Shown: positions 26,076 to 39,110 of the stretch, in pieces
Position numbering within the stretch: position 1 is the first letter of the stretch
Layout of the letters: the number at the start of each line of letters is the position of its first letter
NCBI RefSeq assembly: GCF_036321535.1
Contig: NC_087437.1
Coordinates: forward strand, 94,924,001 to 94,988,000
DNA from: Camelus dromedarius
Lineage: Eukaryota
Length of the DNA: 64,000 nucleotides
Reading direction: 5' to 3'
Program-made: the position numbers and the translations under genes
The notes under the pieces: generated by a model
What the model was told of the DNA's origin: nothing
What the model saw: the letters and a program-made list of their open reading frames with translations, nothing else
Databases searched by the model: none

Positions 26076-26159
26076 ACCCTGAAGACCTAGAGAGGGGAAA
26101 GGACAACGGGACGCCAATCCCCACCTCTGATAACGATGACAATTCGCTGGGCTACACAG
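26076..26159 (+). CDS. ROBO1: Internal coding exon of roundabout guidance receptor 1, long isoform a (segment between signal peptide and Ig1)
   Basis: Bounded by acceptor ttgtttccgacag| and donor CAG|gtagag; 84 nt, phase 1-1. Translates (D)[27 protein letters not shown](G), matching recalled human ROBO1 ...[43 protein letters not shown]. Similarity starts and stops exactly at the splice sites. Confidence 0.96.
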
Positions 26160-27040
26160 GTAGAGTGTTTCTTTCCCAAATACTATCTGTCCATTTTTCC
26201 AAAATACCTCCACCTCCATCAGTCATCAACCACCTGTGTAAAATGATCTTTCTAGTCATCCCTGCTTCCCGCTAACAACCCCAACAACTTCTTATCCTCA
26301 TTTTCCAGACTTTCTTCATTCTTCAGCTGGGAGGTCATATTGCTAAAGTAAACACTTTGGAGAAGAGAAATTTAACATGAAAATTGCATGCATCCCTGCT
26401 GTCTAGTTTTAATATGAGATGCTTATCAGCCTGAAATTTTGATATTGCTAATATGTTTAGAAGGATCATATTTTCTTAGAGATTTAATATTTAACTAAAT
26501 TGCTAGCAAGAGAAATAAAAGGCTACCTTCAAGTAATTAGGGTTCAAAATTATTTGTACTTTTGTTTTTTTGTTGTTATGCCTGCAATCTTACAAACAGA
26601 AAGCAAACTCTTAACAACAGGGTTATAAATCATAATTACCAACTTATATCTCAGGATTGCATGACTTACTGTTCCTGATCTATGAACCACTTCTTAAATA
26701 GTTGCATGTATACATCAGCATGAAGGTAACAATTTAAATAATTGAAAGTATTGGGAATAATTCATATGACAAATGTCTAAAGATGATTAACCTGGAAATA
26801 TGTAAGTGTTCCATGCAGAATTTGTAAGCATAGTTATAAATATAATTGCACAAGTTACACATTGAGACAATTTGACTAAAACTTTAGATATAAGCAAAGA
26901 ATAAAATACACCTTTAACCACTGAATCAGATAATGATGTGACAATGGTCTTGTTGTCATAGCAGCTATTTATTGCGTTCTTTTCATCAGTTCTTGTTAGC
27001 ACAGTTTATAGATTTTGCCAGGTTGTGGGCTGTGGCTAGG

Positions 27041-27043
<3 letters not shown>

Positions 27044-27074
<31 letters not shown>
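27044..27074 (+). repeat. (TG)15 microsatellite
   Basis: Perfect dinucleotide run about 0.9 kb downstream of the exon. Confidence 0.95.
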
Positions 27075-27075
<1 letters not shown>

Positions 27076-28263
27076 GAAATAGCTGGAGTTAGAGGTAATA
27101 GAGAACTCTCCTGTATCATTACAATGTTACAGATGGTTGTGTTAAAAAGAGAATAACCCAACAGATAGCCCATCTTAGCATCAGATTATGATAAGCTGGT
27201 ACTTTAGAAGCTTTCTTACTGTCGTCATAGCAATAATATTCTCCAGTATTGTACCTCATCTACAAAATTCAGGTTTTAAACACTTGGAATAAGTATACAA
27301 ATTAATAGCACCTTTATGAGCAACTTTAATACTTATATTTATTTAGTCGTAGATAATGCATTCTTATTTTTCTCCTATTTTTCAACATAAGAACTGAGAT
27401 TGAAGGACCAGCAAATCAAAGTCCATTGGTGTTGAGATGGTGAGGGAGTTGGAATGATACTTTTCCAGAAACTTAGCCGGAACAAGAGTTGTAAATGTCA
27501 TTTCTTAATACCAGAGGAGGTTCATATTTATGAATAGAGGGGTCCGAGGTAGTGTTCTTTCTCATGGGTATCCTCATTTGCCAGTGCATCTTAGTTCAAT
27601 TCCCTTGTGCTCACCCAGTCTAAACAACTGCATTGTTCAGATACACTAACAGGGTTTGCTCTTTGTCTCTTATGGATTTCCTGAAAATTATACATTACCA
27701 ATGCATAAATCATGTTGGAGTATTGAATTAGGAAAACCTAAATAATAATTCATTTAAGACTAAACGTAACATTTTTTAATTCTTTGTTCCTATTTATTTT
27801 TCTCCATCGAGTTAATCAGTAGTCAGATTTCTGGTATTAAACATATCATTAGATGAATTAATACAAAGAGATAGTAAACTTACGAAATTTCTTTGTATTC
27901 TACAAGGGAACTAGTTAAAGAAGCACATGTAAGGCAAAATGACTAGAAAAACAATATTCTCAATAATCTCCTTCCTGAGACGGTATAACACTTTTGTACT
28001 GAAGGAAGTTTATTATGTGTATTTTATTTCAGTAAATTCTCAATTATTCAAGAACCTCTTTACTATATGAATAAAACATGCCATTTGTGTCTCTTTCACT
28101 TACATATTGACCATTTCTTTGCTGATTAAAGCCTTCGCTGGAAGTGATAAAAATTAAATAGAAAAAAGTGGTTTTTGTCCGCTTGATAGCCATTATAAAG
28201 CGGTCAGTTGGCTCTGAAATTGGCGTAGTCACACAAAGCATTAAATGAAACCACTGACAAATT

Positions 28264-28318
28264 TGTGTTTGTGTGTGCAGGTGTGTAGTGTGTGTGTGTG
28301 TGTGTCTGAGTGTGTGTG
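28264..28318 (+). repeat. Imperfect (TG)n microsatellite
   Basis: Interrupted TG run. Confidence 0.8.
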
Positions 28319-30289
28319 AATTCTCTTTACTATAACCATCAATAATGAGCTGATAGGATATTTTACACAAAAGGTAATTCAGTTCAGAGGGAAGCGAGAT
28401 GGCCTGTGTGCTCAGCAACATTTTTACGTATTTATCACAAATTGTCTAGAGTTTAGTAACTCTGGATATGGCAGCAAAATTACTGTTAGAGATAAAATAT
28501 AAATATTAAGCCGCTTGGAGAATATACAAAACAGTTGTCAAATAAGTCATTGACATGAGTTAGCTGCAAGCTACATTTCTGTGAAAGTTAACAAGTAAAT
28601 GTATCTGGTATTGTTTGTGACACCTGTATCTTTTTGCACAGTATCTCAAAATGACTGTGCAAATTGTATGTACTGGTATACTGGATGTTTATTTTTTTAG
28701 TTCATGTTGCTTCAAGTCATTGAGCTGACATGTAAGACTTTTTTCTTCCCCCTAACATGCATATATTTAAAGAAGAAAAGCTTCCCAGAAGAAGCCATAC
28801 AATTCTGGAAAACATATTTTGGGGAACATGAAACAGTTCCAAGGAAGATCACCAGTTCACTAACATGCCCATTCACACACCCCAGTTCTCCCTTTTTCTA
28901 CCACTACAAAGAGTACAATTTCCACTGCAAGCTAATTTGTCACCACAACATCTGCTCTGTTACTCAAACCATTTGGGACCACTACTATCAAATTGACCCA
29001 TCAAACTAGAATCCACAGACCTCATATCCTCCACATGAATTTATTTTTTTTTATTATCAATCTAGTCAACAAATGATTATATCTTGTAATAGTATTTACC
29101 ACTTAATCCATGTACTACACTTATCTAAATTATATAAGGGATTTAATTGAGAAGCCCAGGAAAATACAGTTTCACAGAGTTTAGGGAAGAAATGTAAATT
29201 GATTTCTTTTCTCCTTAACATCTCCAGATAAAATACTATAAATTCATGTAAGATTTGAAAACGTTTGTTTCTCTTCTACTAATCAATGATTACAGAACAA
29301 TTTCTAAGGTAGCATGGTAGTGCGTTACTAATGTAGACATCAACTTTATTTATAGAGAAGTAGCCTACTTTCTGTTTAGCCAAGCATGTCATAAATATTG
29401 GGGACTTTTAACACTTCAACGTGTATAGCTTTTGTTACAAGAACAAGTAAGATGGGGTTTCAAATCAGCACTTTGTGGGGTCAGACACACATCTTAAAGA
29501 GGTTGTATATGTAATAATCAATGATTTTCTTAAAGGAGCTTCTAAATAGTGTACATTGTTTACTGACTTCTGGAAGTACATATGGTGTTTTACAAATATG
29601 AAAAAAATTAAGTAATATGCCTAATGTTTAAATGTCTGAAATATATACATAAGCTATGTACAGCTTTAGTGAATGACACAAAGTTTATGAGTACAAAAAG
29701 TCTGTAAATTTGACTCATAATGTCTAGAATATATGCTTATTCCCCATTTCTACTCTTATTCCTGCTTACTGAAAATAAGATAAAGTGCCCCATCACCATA
29801 GATCCATTTTAAGGACTAGCTTCCTATATTTACGGTAACATATTGGAAGAAAAGCTAAACGCAAATTTGAAAATCTTGAAACTAAATAATTATCAGAGCT
29901 ATGTCAATGTCAGTTTCAGTAAAAATCTAGCCACAGAATGTCAGAAATCCCAGAGTAATTTCAAATGGGGGTAATGGAGTCTTCTGCAAACCAACATTAC
30001 TTCCAAGTATAGTTTGGTTATAATTCTGTAGTAGGAAACAAAGTATATGCTCTCTTATTTAAAAACAGCACATCCTGGGCAAATTAGTATGTTTTCCCAT
30101 ATACACACAAATAACATCCCCCAAACTAGATTTGCCTCACATTTTGGAATCTCAACGAGTAACTATTATTGATGGTGAATTGATTCTTCTGTCGCTCTGC
30201 ATTCTTAATGGTATAGCTTCAAGATTAAAATCAAACAGACACTTAAGTATGGCATGTATATTTTTTTAATTGTATGTATTGATTCTAAT

Positions 30290-30400
30290 AACTGGTATTT
30301 ATTATCATTTCATGTACACAACGAAGTTTTCTAAGCACTTTATATGCAGTAACTCATTTAATCCTCATAACAACCCTCTCAGGAAAGTGCTGTTATTAAT
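30290..30400 (-). mobile_element. MIR fragment
   Basis: ctaagcactttatatgcagtaactcatttaatcctcataacaaccct. Confidence 0.75.
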
Positions 30401-30639
30401 AGCGACAGTGTCTGATGTCTGCTTCAATTGTCCAGAAGAGAAATAGTCCAAAATTAATTACACGTTTTCCAACACCACAGAGGTTGTAAGAGGTTGTTGA
30501 GGTTGTAGCTATAGGCTATATTTGAGCATATAGATAGAAATTAAATAGATTAGCCACGTTCCTTCTATACAGCAGCACAGTTCTAGTAAACATTATTTTA
30601 AGTTTCCACTATTTCTCATCCTAGAGTCATTAGCACAAG

Positions 30640-31660
30640 AACTAAATGCACATTTTTTTAAATCAAGTAAAACAAAAGCGTTAAGCAAAATAAGCAGGTC
30701 CTACTCCATTCTTGAACCCACTTCCTTTAAACAACCTCATTTCTCACTCTTTTAGATGTTTCTTCTGATAATTTCCTTTCTATTTTAAAGTAGATTGCAT
30801 CCACAAATACTTCTTAATTTGTCAGTGTTAGACATTATCTAGTAAGTCTTTTTTTGTTCCTACTCTCCCACTACCACATTCTTTGTTAAATTAACAGTCA
30901 AGATTTATATTGGTAATATTAAGCAAATTGTCCTTGTGTAAGTCTACTGCAGAGCCACATAGAATACTATGATTACATTGCCCTCTTTGTACAAGATTGT
31001 TCATTTTCTGGAGTTAATAATTGCATTTTTAAACTTCCTAAACACTTAGTGATATCCAATATTCCATTTATCTAAGGCTTTTCCAGACATCTCCCTCATA
31101 AAACCTTCCAAGTTTTTTTTCCCAAATTGAATGGTTTCTCTCTAGACTGGGACTTTCCTTTATCAGTCTTTTATGTTGGTTCTCCTATTGCCTAGATATT
31201 TTCTTTCTTGGTTTATCCTCCTTTTAACAGAAGCCTAGTCTCCAGGAAGCATATCATAATAAAACTTTAAAAAATATCAGAAACAAGGAGTTTTGCTATA
31301 ATGTACCTTGTGGTGGCGTGTCCATGTTTGTTTACTTACTTGTTTACCTTGATTATGCTGAGTACTGGTTGGGTCCTTTCAAATTGGAGAATCATTTATT
31401 TAAGGTATGGAAAATTTTATTAAATTATTCTTTGATAATGCCCCATCTCTGTATTCCCTACTGTCTTTTGGAATTGCTACCAGACCTCTTAAACTAGTTA
31501 ATTGTCTCTTTTCTTTTCTAATTTCTAATTCTTTGTTGTTTTCTTTTCCACTTTCTGGGAAGCATCCTTGGTATCAGTTGTTTATCAATGCTTTTAGCAA
31601 ATCTTCACTTGTTTATTATGTACTACATTTCTGAGAGCTTTTTTTAATTAATTCTCTGAT
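30640..31660 (-). mobile_element. Ancient L1 (L1ME-like) fragment
   Basis: T-rich diverged sequence, e.g. gggtcctttcaaattggagaatc...ggaaaattttattaaattattctttgataat. Confidence 0.5.
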
Positions 31661-31779
31661 ATCTAAAGAGCTTCCATAAGTCAAGATATCAAGCTAATTT
31701 TACTGACTCTAATCAACTACATTTTCTACTAAACTTATGAATCTTCCAATATATGGTTAAAGCATTAAAAATCTGCCCA

Positions 31780-31910
31780 AAGTTCATCAGTTAAAGGTGA
31801 GAAAACTGAGACCCTTGAAGTTATTATGATTTAACCAAGATAGTATAGATATTTAGTAGTGATGACTTAACTAGAACCATGCCTCTCAAATCCAATTTCA
31901 GTGCATTTTT
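31780..31910 (-). mobile_element. MIR fragment
   Basis: aaggtgagaaaactgagacccttgaagttattatgatttaaccaag...ctagaacc. Confidence 0.6.
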
Positions 31911-34054
31911 TTAAACTAAAAATACACCACAAAGTTGCCAGGAAATGAGAAAATGTAAGAAAATAAGTTGCAGGACATATTAATACTACATTTTAGTGGT
32001 TACATATATTTTTAAGTACTTTATATTTGGCTCTAGAAAATAAAATACTAATTTACAAGTTCATACAAAATACCTGTTCTTTTCTGTATGAAATATTTGG
32101 ATGATCTTTTATTCACGCACTTCAACAAAATTCACATATTGAAGTGCCGGCTCTGGAGAGAGCATTGTACGAGGGCCATGGGGGATTTAAGTTTTAAATT
32201 CTGTTAAGATCAATACCACACATGACTCTTCTTTGGATTGTGATATTTGGTGGCCTCCTCATTAATTTGCTGTTTGCAACTTGTGCATTCAAAAATTTGC
32301 ACAATAGGGGAATTAATAAACATTTACTAAAATGATAAATTAAACAATCTCTACTTACTATTGACCCATATTGGAAATAAAATTATAGCATCATATCCAT
32401 TTAACCAATAGGGTTAGTCTTTCAATACTTAAGGGAAAGAGACACAATTTTTCCCACATCTGTGAAGCTGTGGTTTGTTTTGAGCAACCTCAATTATTAG
32501 GCAATGCTGCCAACTCTCCAAAATTCTGCCAACTCTCCGAAATTCTGCCAATTATTAGGCAATCCTGCTAATTCTCTGAAAATATGAAAAGGAAGCAGAT
32601 GAGACAGAAAATTGGGGTAATGGGTTACATGTATGTCTAATACTCCAAAAGTCTTTCTTTTTGAATTAAGAGAAAGAGAAAAAAATTATTTTTATAGTAA
32701 TTGACAATAGGGAGCAGGCATGCCTTCCTGAAGTTTAAGGGACAGGAACATGAGACATGGAGTCTTCATGAGAATTTGAACATTAAAAAGTAAGCTAAAC
32801 TCTAATGGCAGTGGGATTCTATGAAAGATTTTAAGGTAGTTTTATTTCAATTACTTAGAAAATTTTTAAACAAATTTTGTGTTGTCCTAATTCTAAGTCT
32901 AGAGTTTTTCATGAAAACCTTGGAAATTTAAGTCATTCCAAAAAGGTGTTAACTAAAGTATTGATGACTGTTTTACTTAATATTTGATAATGTTTTCAGT
33001 CTGAAAAATGTTACAGCTAAATATTTTGAGTTTCTGTTACACAGGAGGAAAGAGCAAAGGTCTAAGCTTCCTATAAAATGGCAAATCCTTGATTTTAATA
33101 GGAAAATTTTATTTAATTTCATTTTCTTCAGTTAGAAGTTCCAGTGGAGAAAATACTTTTCATGAATAGTTTTTACTTGAGTTTTTGAAAGGATGCTTTC
33201 AATTTTTAAAATATATCCCAAAGCAACAAATTTTAGAGATGTGTAGATAAGTAAACACACCCAGAAATTTAGGCACTCTTTAGGTGTGAATGACATCCTT
33301 AAGACAGAACACCTATACATATGAGGGATTCAGATTCAGAGTTTTTAAAGAAGTTTAAGAATTTTTTAAGAAATAAACAATTATTGTAGTAGCTACAGTA
33401 AAGTGGACTCCCTAAGTATCTCAATAGTTCAGTAAGAATCTTCGTCTACCTAGCAATTTATGCAAAATAATTAACTTTTTAATTTAACTATTCTCCAATG
33501 TGACTACAGAGGCATGGCTTTAGATATGACTCCCCACTAACCTGGTAAGACATATCCAGGCTTAAAACCTTCCAAGCCATGGACGCCAACAGCATGACAC
33601 TCAACTTCCAGCCAGGAACTGTCAGCGCACAGTCATGGACAGAGTCTCATTACTGCACGGCTTTAGATCCCTGCTTAACATTCTATGCAAATCACCCCCC
33701 TGAGCCGGCTTTTTTGTTTCAGCTTTTCCAATTCATAAAAAAGAAATAATATTTGGCAGTCCACTAAATTTTTTGAAACTTAAAAGATAATTGGCTAAAC
33801 TTTCCTAATCTCTAATTTTTAGAGAGAATTTTAGGCAGTGATCATTTTTTTCTCCTTACATTCATTCCTGTAGAATTTTTTTTTTCACATTTCATTGACT
33901 TCAGTTCAACTTCAGTTTCTCAAAAAAAGTTAATATTTAGAGGGCCATGTAATCAGTACACAAGCTTTTGCTATAAAAATATTATTCTATTATCTTACAT
34001 TGCTGTAAAGAAACTATTGAATCAGCTAATGGTTGATACTATAGTTAAGGGTGC

Positions 34055-34425
34055 GTACTCTAGTAGGTTATGCTGTGGTCACAAACAAAAACTAAATTTC
34101 CATGGCAACACAAAATAAGTGTGCCAAGGAAATGAAACAAAAATGTATGTCTTACTCAGGCTTTACATACTTGTGGGGGACTCTGTTCAACATAGTCATT
34201 CAGATCCCAGAGGCTGATAGATATGCCATCTTGACGCAGGCATCCATGATTATAGCAGCAAGAACAATCATGAACTGGCTTTGAAAGCTTCTGCACAGGA
34301 GTAACTTCTGCTCTTCTATTTGTCCAAATAAAATCAGATAAGCATGCTTAATTTCAAGAAATTAGGCCATGGCCCTTGAGGGAGAAATAACTAGAAATAC
34401 TTGGTGGAAAATACTAAACACTGCT
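34055..34425 (-). mobile_element. MaLR LTR (MLT1-type)
   Basis: taggttatgctgtggtcacaaacaa...gtcattcagatcccagaggctgatag...aaagcttctgcacaggagtaac; same family signature as 57489-57810. Confidence 0.65.
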
Positions 34426-37400
34426 AGACTAATAATGCAAGAAGCCAGAATTTCGCCATTGGTTCATAATATACACTCTTTCCTTGAGGAAAGAAACCTA
34501 ACTTCATAAGGCATCTAGATGGTTTCAAACTGAATATACTGAACATTCCATTGGTCATTCCGCTGTTATTGAAGCCTGTAGTCAGTCTTTCCTTTCAATT
34601 CATTGCTGAAAAATAATTTCTTTGTTCAGAGCTTATTATGCTTAATAGCCTGATATAAAACAAGGCATAGAATAAATACATGGATGATGGATCTGGAAAA
34701 ACATGGTGTGAAAGAAAATTTAAAAAAAAGAAAATTCATTCACAGAACATCTGTTCTAGTGAGGATACATCACTTATCCTGCCCTCATGAGCAGCTGGCC
34801 GGATGAACCTGTATGCTACTGGATCATCTTGATGGTTCAGCATAACTCTGTGCTGTGGGCAGATTAGGCCTTCAGCAGTATTGGTGGCCATCCAGTTTTG
34901 TTGAGGGTAAGACTAAGTCTTTAAGCCTATGTAGAACCTCTTTCACTGCTACCCTAGACACACTGTTGATGAGCCAATTCTGCAAGCAGTGGGATTATGG
35001 AGAAAGAATTTGAATGACACATAGGTCAACATGGCCACCTATTTACTAGAAGCCTCCTATGCAACGCATGTTCTTTCTTAAGTGTTTACCCAGAACACTG
35101 ATATCCTCAGTTCTGAATTCATTTCAAAAGGTCCATCTCATACCTGTTGCCCAGATTTTCTTGTTACATATCCTTCAAATTCCTCCCTTCTAATACCCCA
35201 AACATCCATCAAGCCCTTAAGCTACTATCCCTGAATCAACACCTCTAGTCATCTCTTCTTTCTCTAGTAGATCCGTACCTCTAGTCATCTCTTCTTTCAG
35301 GTAAAGTAGACGACCAGTTGTCCTATTCAAAGTTCTTCCCATAATCAGGATTCACTTTTCCTTCTTTCCTTCATGACATTCGTGTATGGGCTATAATGCA
35401 GCGACAATCACCTCCAACCAGTGCCAACATACCATGCAGAGCTGAACGCTTATCAGGCTCAGGTCTGCTTTTCCCCATCACCTGATTATGAGAAACACCC
35501 CAGGTGGCCGTATGTATGGTTTGGAGGAGAGGTGGCAGTGTAACAAGAAAAGATCATGAATGGGAGCAACCTGTGCATACAACATTGTTGTGCTGTCGGT
35601 ACCTGCTTGAACCTATTCTTGCTTTGCCTATGACGGTTCCACTTGATAATAGTGTGCTACTGTGCACATTTGATTTCATGACTTAGAGGACCGCATATCA
35701 CCCATTTCATGGCTGTTGCATGATATGGAGAGGAATTTAGGTTTCCTTGATCAGAAGTTCAATCACTTAGACCCAAGTTGCAAGACAAAAGCTGGATTTC
35801 AAAACCCTTTTTTTTCCCCAAAGAAGAAATTGCTTTTCCCTAAAGCACAAGGTGCTATATGCTGTGATTATACTGTTAAAACTTGCTGGAAGCACCATAC
35901 CATGTCCCATCACTGCACAGTTGATTTCTTCTGTCATAGGCCCCAAATAACAAAGCTTGTTCACCCAGCATGCTGACCAGTAGGACAGCCTTCTCTTGCT
36001 CTGGGTCACACTCAAAGGGAATAGCATCTTAAGTGGTTGGTAAGTAGGAAGGAATAGCTCACCCAACTGTGACATATATTTCCTCCATTATCTAAAAATA
36101 CCCAACAAGCAGACATATTGCTGAAAATGTGAATCAGTATGGCAAGAATACCCTCCGTGACTGGACCCCCAAATTCACAGGAATAGTAGGCAGAGTCATA
36201 TTTTTTATAGGATCTGTCTCCCATTCTTTAGAATGCTTATGCCTTACAAAGGCTTCTAGAGTAACTGGTGCTTACTGCTCACCAAGATTCACGAGCATGA
36301 TTTCAACAATCTAGTGGACCAGGATGTTGACCTGGGGATAGTGATATGATTAAGGTCACAGAGGAATAAAGATAGTTGATGTAGGTTGACATAGCCCTTA
36401 GAGAATAAGATAGTGAATATGTAGACCATACCTGCCAAGTGAAAGCAGGATTATTCTAGTATCCTTTATTTACTGGAGAGAGAAGGATGCATTTGCCAGA
36501 AGAGTAGCTGCATTTCACAGTCAGGGTCTCTTTTAACTTTCTTTAGTAAGAGACAATATCTGGAAGAGTCTTTAATATTTAAATCTCCACCTAATTAATT
36601 AATTAATTAATGCAGTAATCATTGTCATTCTCCAAGACAGATCGTTGGCGGCTCTTCTGCACAGACCAAAGACACAGTTTAATGGGGAAAAGCTAAGGAT
36701 AGACACCCACTGTGTATTTCAAGTCCTTGAAACTGGCAGTAATTGGCTCATATTTTCACAGAGAGAGTATTTCATTTGATTTCTTGATTTTATATGGAGC
36801 AGCAATTCTAAGGACTCCCTATTATAAAAGGAAAAAAGTCCTTATTCAGTGGGTCAGGGAGATGATTGTTAGTCTGCCAGTTGTTGATTCAACTTTGTAT
36901 TCAGTAACTGAAAAGATCATCACGAGATGGATTTTCAGGCACACTGGCAGATGTATTAGGACTGAACTCTATCATTTGACTGATGAAACACAGTAGTGTT
37001 CTGGATCTCTAGGTATTAGCAGCATCAAACAGTCTGCATTTCCCTTTCTTCCAATCAGACATCTTGATAAATGAGCTTCCTTTGGAGAAGTCCAGGTATA
37101 AAGTTATAGCACATAAATTTGATGGCATTGTTTTGCCCCTTTTCACAACTACCTGGCCTCGCCTTCAGTTATGGGGCTCCCAACCCATGCACTGGGTGAG
37201 GGCTCGTGCTCTGGCAGTTGGGTAATGGACAGGCCAGGTCTTTTTTAACCACACATAGAATATTTTTTATTTATTTAAAGCTTAATTATACTTTGGTAAC
37301 TTCATAACTATGTTAATTTTAGGGTTTCATGATCTGTAAACCACAGCGAAATATCCTTGGGGGTCAGGTGACTATTGTGAAACACATGTCCACTTTGTCT

Positions 37401-37690
37401 CTGGCCGTTAACTGCTTGCTGCCATGGGGTCTTGGTCACTCCATGACCTTGTCATCCACGCTGAAATCAGGGAGCTCATTACAATGACAGTGCTTCCTAA
37501 CTTCACCCCCAGCCTACAGAGAACAGAGTCTGCAGTGCTTTTCAGAGATGCAGGCACTCCTCTCTTGAGTGTAGTACCAAATGCCTTGTTGAAGGGATTG
37601 TCTAATGGGCCCTTTCAGGACACAGAATTGGAGGATGGGTAAGTATGTCACAAATGATAAATCCACTCAAACATTTGAATCTCTCTCTGT

Positions 37691-37975
37691 CAGCGCTGCC
37701 CAATAAAAATATAAATGCATGCCACAGATGCAAGCCACATGTGTACTCCCAAAGCTTCTAAAAGCCATATTTTAAAACTCTGTAAAAAAGGAATAACTAA
37801 ACTTGTTTTTAAAATTTCATTTTGTTTAACTAATATAGACAAGATATTATTATTTCAATGTGTAATCCATATTAAAATTATCATCAAGATAGTTTACATT
37901 TTTGGCACTCTTTTATACTCAAAGAACATCTTGATTTGGACCAGCCACATGTCTAGTACTTGATAGTCACATGAA
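37691..37975. mobile_element. MER33/MER3-like hAT-Charlie MITE nested in the ERVL
   Basis: cagcgctgcccaataaaaatataaatgcatgccaca...ggaccagccacatgtctagtacttgatagtcacatg. Confidence 0.75.
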
Positions 37976-38914
37976 TTCCTCCCTCTCCATTATGCCAAAG
38001 AATTTCAGGCATCTAAACTTTATTTACTAAACACGTCATTTGAGTCTAAGTTTCAGTCGAAACCAAACACACAGCTAGAACCATTTCCAGCAGTTCCAAC
38101 TAGCCTTTTGATTCCAGAATCTCTGTTAAATCCAATCATATGAATAAATGCAGTCCCCTTAAAATTATTTGCCTTCTTTCCTGGTCTAGCACGTTTAGAA
38201 TCATATCTCATAGATATTCTAAAGGATTCTGTTGGTATAAATTAGCAAAATCTAGTAAGCCTTCTTTCCCTGGATTAGGTATTATAGACCTATTGCAAAT
38301 TCACCCTTCGCTCTGGAGGTAATTAGGAGCAGTAGGGCAGGGTGTGAGGTGGATGGATGGGTATCCTTTACCATGATGACTATCTCAGGGACTCCAAGGA
38401 AGGCAGATCCAGCTTCATCACAAGAAGAAAGCTCTTCCTGCTGGCAAGGGAGGATCCAGAGAATTGGGAGGGTTGGAGTACTCAGGTTTTTCTGAACCCA
38501 CCCACATAATTCTATTCCAGTTTTCAGGTTCTTGCACTTTCCCCAGGCAATGCTCTTAAATTTTCACACTGGAGGCCCCAGTTCAGTAATGCTGAGTCAG
38601 AATTTCAGCCACAATAGCACTGAGGCTGTAAGTCACAAGATATCCTTTGGGCCTCCCATTATGCCTTGAGCCAAGAATTTAAAAACTGGGTATATCACTT
38701 CTCTAAATGATTCAGTGCAATCAGAAGCAGGCAGCCCACCCGCCTAGTCCTTGTGTTCTTTATTACTATCACAATAGCTCACTGCAGGAATCTCACAGTC
38801 CACCACAGCCTTGCCTCAATTGGCATTTCATTACGGGTGACCACAGGTGGTAACATCATGATGCTGTTTTGCCACTTTATGCTACAGACAAACAGGGTCT
38901 CCTTTTCCTTTTTT

Positions 38915-39110
38915 TTCCTAATTTTAATTTTATTTATTTTTTAATTGAAAGCTAATTGATGATAACATATTAGTTTCAGGTTTACAACAATATGATTCAC
39001 TATTTGTATATATTGCATGATAATTACCACAATAGGTCTAGTTAATATCCATCACATAAGTAGTTACCATTTTGTTTTCTTGTGATGAGAACTTTTAAAA
39101 TCTACACTAG
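38915..39110 (-). mobile_element. L1 3' terminus nested in the ERVL
   Basis: T-rich tail, then taacatattagtttcaggtttacaacaatatgattc...gtgatgagaacttttaaaatctac. Confidence 0.8.

Noticed and set aside
25765..26142. 125-aa antisense ORF over the ROBO1 exon
   Set aside because: Shadow of a GC-rich coding region; no recognisable homology.
25892..26275. 127-aa ORF as a standalone single-exon gene
   Set aside because: Only 26076-26159 matches a known protein and it is bounded by AG/GT. The part after 26159 is intron read-through; the upstream part is treated only as a hypothesis.
32491..32580. CRISPR-like repeat-spacer pattern
   Set aside because: Mammalian intron, only 2-3 irregular units, no unique spacers and no cas genes.
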